Shown: piece by piece, positions 10,833-18,236 of the stretch
Layout: each line of letters starts with the position of its first letter
Numbering within the stretch: position 1 is the stretch's first letter
Source of the DNA: Anneissia japonica
Taxonomy: Eukaryota
Reading direction: 5' to 3'
Assembly (NCBI RefSeq): GCF_011630105.1
Contig: NW_022688036.1
Coordinates: 64,001 to 82,236 of the forward strand
DNA length: 18,236 bases
Program-made: the position numbers and the translations under genes
The notes under the pieces: generated by a model
Told to the model about the DNA's origin: nothing
What the model saw: the letters and a program-made list of their open reading frames with translations, nothing else
Databases searched by the model: none

Positions 10833-12080
10833 TATTTAACCACGGTAAACTAATTGATCACCTCAATGGTGTTTTGATCAATGCTGTAACAGACATAATC
10901 AAACTTAACTAATGTTAAATAAAGAATAATATTAATTACAGGAAATAAAAGGAAACTATTAAAACCAAATTAGGAAACAAAAACTAAAACTACAAAATAC
11001 GAAAAATTATTGTAATACATAAAAATGTGCTAATCTCAATATCGGGTGTGAAATTCAGAAAGCTATAATATCAAACTCATCCATTAGACTGACTAATACC
11101 GATTGAAAATTATGTAAACATTTGCACACGAACCTACTGGCTGGCCCTCCAACTAATACACTGGGGTTTGTTTTTTTAATACAGTAATATTTTGCCAAGG
11201 GTCAGTGTTCTTATAATTGTGCCATCTTTAGACTCAAAATGTTCTTATTTTGTTCTGATTTTAAACACGCTTCAAAGATAGAAAATGATTATTAAACAAC
11301 AGTAGGCATACCGGTATCTTATTCTAGTGTATATCATTCTCACCTACTGCACATAAGGTAAAGTTATGACCAACATAATTTTAGTGCTTTTTATGGGTTT
11401 TTATAGTTTGTTTAATAAAAACATTATTTGACATTTTACCTAAGCCTCAATTTGTTCTTATTTTGTTCTTGTTGTGCAATTTTAGCTTAAGTGTTCTTAT
11501 AAATTGCGTTCTTATATATATAAAAAAAAAGTGTAGTCATTTACAGGTCAGAATGAAGTCATACGGAGAACTGCTACAATAGGCCTACCGAAACGAAACT
11601 GGAGTTGCTTTTGATGATTTACGTCAAGGCCGTTTGTGAATGGATAACAGAAAATTAATAAACTGGAGATTGGCAGTATGGTTAATATTCACTCTACCTT
11701 GACGCTATTACTGAAGTTTATTGAATACAAAAGCTTTTAAAAGATTTCTAACGTACAATTATATTGAATTGCAGACAAGTACATTGATTTTTGAGTTTAT
11801 CCATCAAAAAATGTTGAAATAACTTGGTTCCTTCACAGTAGAATTTCAACATACCAGCCGTATACTTATTTAAATGATCTGATGGTCTAGAGGTCTTTCT
11901 TTATTAGTAAATAGGATTATGCCTATTTAAATTTTAGATTGTAATAGAGCCCTGCTCTGGGACACTTTTGTGAAGAATCTTGATATAAGTGTCAGTAAAT
12001 ATTATGAATTAATTTTCTTAAACAAGACAAACTAACTTGAAATTAAATGTTGATAGTTTTGACATTCCAATCATGAAGGG

Positions 12081-12206
12081 CTAGGTGTAATCAGGGGCTG
12101 AAATAGAGGGGAGCCAGGAAATGACTTTTACAAATGGAGAGGGAGTATGTATATATATAATTTAGAGGGCCAGGCCGGCTTTTTGCATTTGAATCATCCG
12201 CCACTG
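12081..12206 (-). mobile_element. MITE-like element, copy B1, reverse orientation and strongly internally deleted (about 126 bp). Its right terminus is ...gaatcatccgccactg.
   Basis: ctaggtgtaatcaggggctgaaatagaggggagccaggaaatgac matches B2 and the reverse complement of the A1 3' end. It ends with the family terminus ccgccactg. Confidence 0.45.
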
Positions 12207-12403
12207 GTAATTATCCCCCAAAATTACTTGAAATGATGTTCAAAAGGGTAATGTCACTTAGTCATATCTTCAGAGAGGGGTGTGCGATGGGTGCGAAACA
12301 TGAATGGTTTCCGTGTGACGACATTGAAACTTTGGTCATTTACTTGATCCTCCGTAATCAAAATTTGATCAAAACAATAAGTGTGGTGAACGTATTTTCA
12401 GTA

Positions 12404-12602
12404 CAGTGGCGTATCTGGGGATGTGCGGAGAGACGCACATATCCCCACCCCCTCCTCCCCCACCCTACACTGCAAAAGAAGAAAGTTTACGCTTTTCCAG
12501 TCTCTCCCTCCCCCACCTCCGCACTGCATGGAAATATGAATATATATAAAAATCATCTATTTTATTTTGCCAGCTACCGCCTCCCCCTCTTTACCATCAC
12601 TA
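12404..12602 (+). mobile_element. MITE-like element, copy A3, forward and divergent. It starts TA|cagtggcgtatctgggg and ends ...ccatcactaa.
   Basis: The 5' 100 bp parallel A1 and A2: cagtggcg-atctgggg, then a C-rich run, then aaaagaagaaag. The 3' end resembles the TIR weakly. It lies head-to-head with B1, with 197 bp between them. Confidence 0.35.
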
Positions 12603-13167
12603 ACACACATTTCTCTTAGACACGCCGCTGTGTTTCAATAGCTAGCCTATTTGTTTTGTGCACTACTAAATTTCGAGTAATTCTATCTAAATATAGTATC
12701 CTATTTAGACCTACTTACGTTTTCCATGGTGTGATAAAGTGTCGGTTTATAGATCGTTAATATATTTAAGAATAAATATTATAATGATCTCTGGCCTTGA
12801 TATGTCTTCTGAATTAATATGAGAGCGTTTTATATTCACCGGTACCCAATCATGCCTATAGGATTATTAATATTATAATTGGAATGAATGCTCTGATGTG
12901 GGGATTGGATGTCTCTCCCTTTTATCACTGTTTTTTAACTGAAAATGAATAATTCCTAAAATGAAGTGAAAAAAAAGAAAAAAACAAGTAAGAGTAATAA
13001 GAAAAAAGGCCCTCATTCATTGATACTGCAAAACAAATAAAAGAGGACTTAGAACCATGGTTGAAAAAAAAATGGATCCTCTGCCGGGAAATAGCACATG
13101 CATACTTTACAAAAATGAATGTCCCTCACTTTAAAAGGGTAATACATTTAGATTGCAAATAGTCAAG

Positions 13168-13204
13168 TCATCATCATCATCATCATAATCACCACTACCA
13201 CCAC

Positions 13205-13288
<84 letters not shown>

Positions 13289-13342
13289 CATTATTATTAT
13301 TATTATTATTATCGTTATTACTATTATTGTTATTTTTATTAC

Positions 13343-13402
<60 letters not shown>

Positions 13403-13418
13403 CATCCTCATCGTCATT
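13168..13418. repeat. Compound microsatellite of about 250 bp: (ATC)6, then (ATT)n of roughly 70 units with a few ATC/GTT variants, then ATC/GTC units.
   Basis: Direct reading. It produces the spurious poly-Ile ORF 13163-13432. Confidence 0.95.
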
Positions 13419-14071
13419 AAGGAATGGCGCATTAGAAATCGAATAATGAATTGTTTTTTTATACCACTCCAGGTGGCGTTTTACATATAAACATTACTCA
13501 ATGGACTACGAAGGAAACTTTACAATTAGTAACAAATGTAAGTACAGCATTGAACATTTGCATCGTTAATTCACTAGTTAATGGGAATTCTGTCATCATT
13601 CTATGGTTATTATTTTGACTACGTTTGTTAGGCATCCGCATTGAAGGCATTGACAATTTCCTCGACAGAAGCATGCACTGACATGGCTGCATTTTATTCA
13701 GCAACATACATTCCAAGTGACTCGCTAAAACCACCAAAGACCTGAAACTGCCTAAAATACAGTAATTACAGCTTGGGGCTTGTCAACTTCCGTTCGTTGT
13801 TTACATTGTAGATTCGTATATGTTTGTTTTTTTTTTTGGTTTTTTTCATTGACAATATATGCAATTTATTACTAAGAGCCTATTACTGGTACACAACTGT
13901 CAATCCTGAACAATCGAAATTTGTTATAGCCCGACAAAAATATTTCTATATTATTTTTAAAGGACAGCGAAAGTGATCAGGGTAGGCCCAATTAATGACA
14001 CCAAATGTCTTTATCAACATTGATATTAATATCTTCATGGATGTGTACTTCCATGACAAAAAGGTACTACT

Positions 14072-14290
14072 GTAGTGACGGTTCAAGAAGTTCGAAATAG
14101 AGGGGATCCAGGAGACTTTCACAATGGATTTATGATTATGTCACCTCAATGGTCCATGCTCTAGATGGCCGGAAACAACTTAAATATGAATAAAATTTTC
14201 ATTTTCTTCTCCGTTTTTGAATATTTTTGAATAATTTAGGCGGTGGCCGGTTGCCGGTTGCACAATTCCCCTTTTTGAATATACAGAGCA
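14072..14290 (-). mobile_element. MITE-like element, copy B2, reverse orientation, with an internal deletion.
   Basis: tagtgacggttcaagaagttcgaaatagaggggatccaggag...atttatgattatg...aaaattttcattttcttctcc is the reverse complement of the A1/A2 3' half. The right end is less clear. Confidence 0.5.
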
Positions 14291-14315
14291 GTTCAACATT
14301 TAATATAGGACTGTA

Positions 14316-14399
14316 ATAATAATAATAATAATATTAATAATAATAATAGACCTAATTATAATAATAGACCTAATAATAATAATAATAATAATAATAGGC

Positions 14400-14454
<55 letters not shown>

Positions 14455-14508
14455 TAACAATAAGAATGATAATAATAATAATAACAATAACAATGATAAT
14501 AATAATGA
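14316..14508. repeat. Microsatellite (AAT)n of about 190 bp with interspersed TAGACCTA, TAGGCATA and CAAT variants.
   Basis: Direct reading. Confidence 0.95.
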
Positions 14509-14984
14509 AAAGTTATATAAAGTGCCGGTATCCCTTTAAGAGGAAATGCTCATGGTGTCCCTCTAAAACTCGTAAAGAAAGTCGAAATGTGAAATATATT
14601 TACATTTATAATACATTTGAAATAAAGATAGGCCTACATTTTTAAAAACAGACATGAGCCGTACATGTCTGAGACTCTCTCTATGTGGCCATGTGTGCAC
14701 GGATATTTATTTATTTATTCATTACCAATTCGACATATAGGCCTAGATGAATAATATGAAATGCAAGACATAGACAAGGCCCGACACCAATGGTGGTTCA
14801 CTGATCATATGATAAAATGTAGTTCATACATTCATTCATAAAGTAAAATCAATACAAAAAAGCGTGAATTTGAAAACAGTGTTAGCAAGAGGGCTCACAG
14901 TTTTTAATAAAAGATAGGGCAGCAGACCATTTAACAGAAAATGGCGCTAGGAGGAAGAGTTTTCTACAATTTAGCTGCCTTAAT

Positions 14985-15130
14985 AAAAACCGATTACGCC
15001 CCTTTTCCCCCCAGTTTTTAAATATTCAAAAATCTGTATCTCATTCACCGTTCCCCAGTTTTTCGTCAAACAACTTTTTTCTGTCTTTGAAAAATCAATT
15101 CTACAACATATCATTTTTTTTTTCCTCCGG
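14985..15130 (+). repeat. Possible further partial copy of the same MITE family (5' half).
   Basis: cgccccttttccccccagtttttaaatattcaaaaatctg resembles the A1 stretch cgacccccccccccccccccttcaatttgtcaaaatttt, and the reverse complement of B2 tttttgaatatttttgaataat. Weak. Confidence 0.2.
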
Positions 15131-15344
15131 AGCCTGACTTTAAATCGACATTACTAGCCAATTTAAGAGTCTATGTATGAATAAGAATATAGCACTGGTA
15201 TAATTTAACTGTCTTTTAATTGACAGGAAAACAATTTTGTCATTCATATTGTAAGCTTGTAACTTACTTAAATATAATTATTCAGTTATGAAATTAAATT
15301 CTTTATCTTTCAGCTCAAGAAAGACAGTGTATATTTAAATTTTA

Positions 15345-15492
15345 AATTGGACCTCATTGGAAATGGGCTTGACTCCGGACTAATGGACGTTCCTGGTGCT
15401 CACTACGGTAATTTTTACTTTTCTTGATCTCAATCTATTTGTTATCTTGCTTATGCATGTTGAGCATCGAATAAATTCAATCAATCAAAAAA
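15345..15492 (+). mobile_element. Second, tail-only copy (about 150 bp) of the same LINE 3' end, heavily 5'-truncated.
   Basis: cattggaaatgggcttgactccggactaatggacgttcctggtgctc...tgagcatcgaataaattcaatcaatc matches 10040-10180: cattggaaatcggctggattcccggcctaatgggtgttccagatcctc...tgagcatcgaataaattcaattcaatt. Confidence 0.55.
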
Positions 15493-15827
15493 TATTATAT
15501 CATGAAAAATGTTTGTAGGAAGATTATAGATATAGTATTATATTTATTGTTTATTGTCTATATATTCATTTCTAGTACAATAGTACACATTTTATAAATT
15601 TTATGTACCCGTGACAATCAGAATGCTAACATTATTTGTTTGCGCTATTGCGATCTACTAGTCCTGTCCAATGCCATGTATTTAATAATCCTCACATCAT
15701 TCCGTGGTATGATGATACTATATAGATAATTAATATTTAATATGATTATGCTGATATGATAAGAATTGTGAAGCACTATTATGTTGTACCAGCAGCATTG
15801 TCCATTATCATATATAACTGGTTGAGG

Positions 15828-16096
15828 TGCTCCCCTGGAAGGGGGAGGGGAGGGTGACAACCGTCCTGCCTCCCACCCTAAATCTTTTAAAATGGTAAAA
15901 AATTGGAGAAAAAAAGAAAATTACATTTAAATTTAAAATCTGAGAGTGGCATTTCTGGACATCTAGAGGTGCCATAATCGAAACGTTTATTACCTCAGCC
16001 CCATCCATGGTGGGGAATGAGGTGGTGGGAACCCTTCATATGGCAAAGTCCCTCCCCGTAGGCCCCTTTATTTCAAACCTACTGGCTCTGCCTCTG
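15828..16096 (+). mobile_element. MITE-like element, copy A2, same family.
   Basis: Aligns with A1 along its full length: ...aaaaaagaaaatt...ggcatttc...gccataatc...cctcagcccca-tccatgg-tggggaatgagg...ggcccctttatttcaaacctactggctctgcctctg. Confidence 0.6.
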
Positions 16097-16501
16097 TTTT
16101 TATTTATGTATTATTATGTTTTGATGATACTCCGTTATATTCTTTCTCTGTTTCCTAATCTTTTCTCAATATTTTTCTATTCCAGTGATGTAGACAAAGA
16201 AGCCACAACTGTCAGTAAAAAATGTGAAAGGGCAACCGAACTTACCAATTATTCGTAGATAGCCAAAAATTGTGTAATCTCAAAAAAATAATGTTAGCAA
16301 TATGTAATAATTCTTGTAGGCTTTATGTTTATTAATATTGTATTATTGCTGCTAATATTTATCTTATTGAGGAAGTAACCCGTTTGTTGTAAAGAATGTA
16401 GACATGTACGATAATAAGATATAACATTTTGCGGATTAAAATGAGATTTATTGATATTTGCCAGATGAACATTATATAGGCCTACAGTATATAAACATAA
16501 A

Positions 16502-16504
<3 letters not shown>

Positions 16505-16537
<33 letters not shown>
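16505..16537. repeat. (TA)16 dinucleotide microsatellite.
   Basis: Direct reading. Confidence 0.95.
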
Positions 16538-16538
<1 letters not shown>

Positions 16539-16767
16539 CACAACTTGATTTCAATGATTGAAAATAAATATCAAATGGAATTGTGCATTTCTTTTCATCT
16601 TATTTAATATCTATGTTTACTGTAATAAATCCAATAGCTAAAATATCCTTATTATGATAAGCTTATATACTTAAACCAAAAAGTGAAGAATTGCTTCATC
16701 AATATGTAGGCCTACTACTTTATCTAATAAACTAGCAATTCTTTCGAGGACGCCCTTAACAAAAACA

Positions 16768-16978
16768 TAAAACCGGAAATGACGTGGTTGCTAAGCAACA
16801 AGCTCATGCATAATCATGAATATTCAGTGACACCTGTTATAATTAGACTAACAATAAAATCTTTTTGGTCGATTTTGTCAAAACTGAGCTAAAAGTTTTT
16901 ATTGTTAGTCTAATGAGCACAGGTGTTACTGAATATGCATGAGCTGTAGCCTAGCAACCGACGTCATTTCCTGTTTTG
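16768..16978. mobile_element. Foldback / long-TIR MITE-like element: two inverted arms of about 85-90 bp (roughly 85% identical, with one 10-bp indel) around a 37-bp spacer.
   Basis: Left arm aaaaccggaaatgacgtggttgctaagcaacaagctcatgcataatcatgaatattcagtgacacctgttataattagactaacaataaaa. The right arm reverse-complemented is aaaacaggaaatgacgtcggttgctaggctacagctcatgcatattcagtaacacctgtgctcattagactaacaataaaa. Confidence 0.6.
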
Positions 16979-17420
16979 TAAAATTCGACAGCACCTTGCT
17001 CTGAAAAGTTTCGTAACTTTTTGGTGTCATGTAAATATGTTTTGAAAGAGTGTTTATAAGATATAGTAGCCTGTAGTAGTGCTATATTCGAATCGAAGCG
17101 ATTATAATATATTTAATTCGATTATATACTGAATAATAATCATGAAATATATAATATTATTATTAATGTAATTACGAAAAAAGAAGTACGCACTATGATG
17201 TATTATAAATTACACTACAGTGTACATTTATTTCTTACATACTCGGAAATTTTACATCAGAGCTATATAAACGTAATATAAATAGAATATAAAGATTTTA
17301 GTTTTATATAATATAATATAATATATATATAATGCCTAGGCCTAATTATATTTAACTATGTAATATCATTCGAGAATTACTTGCTCGTTGTATAAGAAAC
17401 ATAATTGGCAAATTTAATTC

Positions 17421-17549
17421 CATTCCGGCAATCCAGTGAAATAAATCCTAATAAATGTCCACGCGATTGAATTAAAACCACATAAATCCGGCTATTGATA
17501 GCATCTTGTGTTCCGGCAATTTAATACACATCGTGTTCCGCTGACAATG
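17421..17549. promoter_or_regulatory. Cluster of four related motifs within about 130 bp: TTCCGGCAAT twice, plus ATCCGGCTATT and TTCCGCTGACAAT. The reverse complement is ATTGCCGGAA, which contains an ETS-type CCGGAA core.
   Basis: cattccggcaatcc (17421), aaatccggctattg (17485), gtgttccggcaattt (17508), gtgttccgctgacaatg (17534). This segment is locally CpG-richer than its surroundings. Confidence 0.15.
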
Positions 17550-18236
17550 ATTGTACATCGACTTCGCACTTATTGATGTATCGGTAGATTTGACCTAAGA
17601 CACTGAAATAAAAGAGATTGAACTAGTGAGAAATGCATTCAAACTATTTTCATTTTGTCAACTGTGTTAATATAGGCCTAATTAAGTATAACTCTCATTA
17701 GATTAAAAACACTTTATGGAAACATTATGACATTCATATTTTCATGAAGTATAGGAATGCAAATTCAGAAAATAAAATTGATTGTTTGATTGATTTAATA
17801 CATTATGTAAAGTGTACATGTTAATAAAGCGTTATTTTAATATGAGTGGGTACATCCCACCCTAAATCGAAAATGGTCCAAATTTTAAGACAGTCGAAAA
17901 TGTACTGATTACACTTTTTTTTTAAATTTCTTATGTAATAAAAAACTTAAAAAGCGAATATTAAATCTTAACATTTTAACCAATACTCTATCGGACCTCT
18001 GTATCGTCCTATAATAATAAAGCTGGGTCCAACGTGCTTTTCCCCTTCACGGCATCTGGAGTTTTAGGTGAACCCTCCCCATTTGGTATGATCATTACAT
18101 CTGATGTTCTGAGATTATTACTTATCTCTTCATTTTTATAGCATTTCGAAAGACGTTTTAGATTTTTTAGATTTTCCCTACATCCTATCATGATTTGTAT
18201 ACATATACAATGTATATGTACATATTTTATATATGT

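Noticed and set aside
11200-11520. Local repeats of GTTCTTAT-containing segments (gtgttcttataattg..., tgttcttattttgttct...)
   Set aside because: Short, permuted and degenerate. I could not define a unit or boundaries with confidence.
12233-12619. 128-aa plus-strand ORF
   Set aside because: It covers the spacer plus the divergent MITE copy A3 and has a Pro/Leu-rich low-complexity C-terminus.
13163-13432. 89-aa minus-strand ORF (poly-Ile/Met/Val)
   Set aside because: It is purely the translation of the (ATT)n/(ATC)n microsatellite and has no coding signature.
15645-16258. Three overlapping ORFs on both strands (15645-15860, 15808-16008, 16007-16258)
   Set aside because: They coincide with MITE copy A2 and its flanks. 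The reading frames are not conserved between copies.
16294-16554. 86-aa minus-strand ORF containing YIYIYIYIY
   Set aside because: It spans the (TA)16 microsatellite and AT-rich low-complexity DNA.
18200-18222. 21-bp palindrome tacatatacaatgtatatgta
   Set aside because: TA-rich low-complexity sequence, where such palindromes arise trivially.
1-18236. Prokaryotic-style features (operons, RBS, CRISPR arrays, tRNA or rRNA genes)
   Set aside because: The GT-AG introns, microsatellites, LINE and MITEs show eukaryotic nuclear DNA. No CRISPR-like regularly spaced repeats and no tRNA-like T-arm or anticodon structures were seen.

Overview
This window is eukaryotic, almost certainly metazoan, and not prokaryotic. 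It is AT-rich and CpG-poor, with GT-AG introns that have long polypyrimidine tracts. It also carries long (AAT)n/(ATT)n microsatellites, a degraded non-LTR retrotransposon and many short interspersed repeats. I see no operons, CRISPR arrays, or rRNA/tRNA genes.

Supported content:
- The last four coding exons of a plus-strand gene (213-2365). The splice phases are mutually consistent and the reading frame ends at TGA 2363-2365. I do not recognise the product; it is helix-rich with hydrophobic segments.
- A compact, intronless minus-strand gene (6622-7086). It encodes a 154-aa secreted C-type lectin-like domain (CTLD) protein, with a tandem AGGTCA direct repeat (DR1-type nuclear-receptor element) about 60-80 bp upstream of its ATG.
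- A 5'-truncated, frameshifted CR1/L2-like LINE (about 8161-10180). It has recognisable RT motifs, a 21-bp-stem hairpin in its 3' tail and a (CAATT)n terminus. A second, tail-only copy lies at about 15345-15492.
- At least five or six copies, some internally deleted, of a roughly 260-bp MITE-like family with terminal inverted repeats (TIRs). The termini are CAGTGGCGGATCCAGG...CCTGGATCCGCCACTG; copies sit at about 5038-5298, 12081-12206, 12404-12602, 14072-14290, 15828-16096 and possibly 14985-15130.
- A separate 211-bp foldback element with about 85-bp arms (16768-16978).
- Several long microsatellites.

The most unusual unexplained signal is roughly 50-fold over-representation of the palindromic octamer TAGGCCTA. 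It has 11 exact copies, mostly as WWTAGGCCTAMW, and some sit inside (AAT)n tracts. I interpret it tentatively as transposon excision footprints or the termini of a tiny element. The six-frame ORFs other than the two genes are mostly repeat or low-complexity artefacts.
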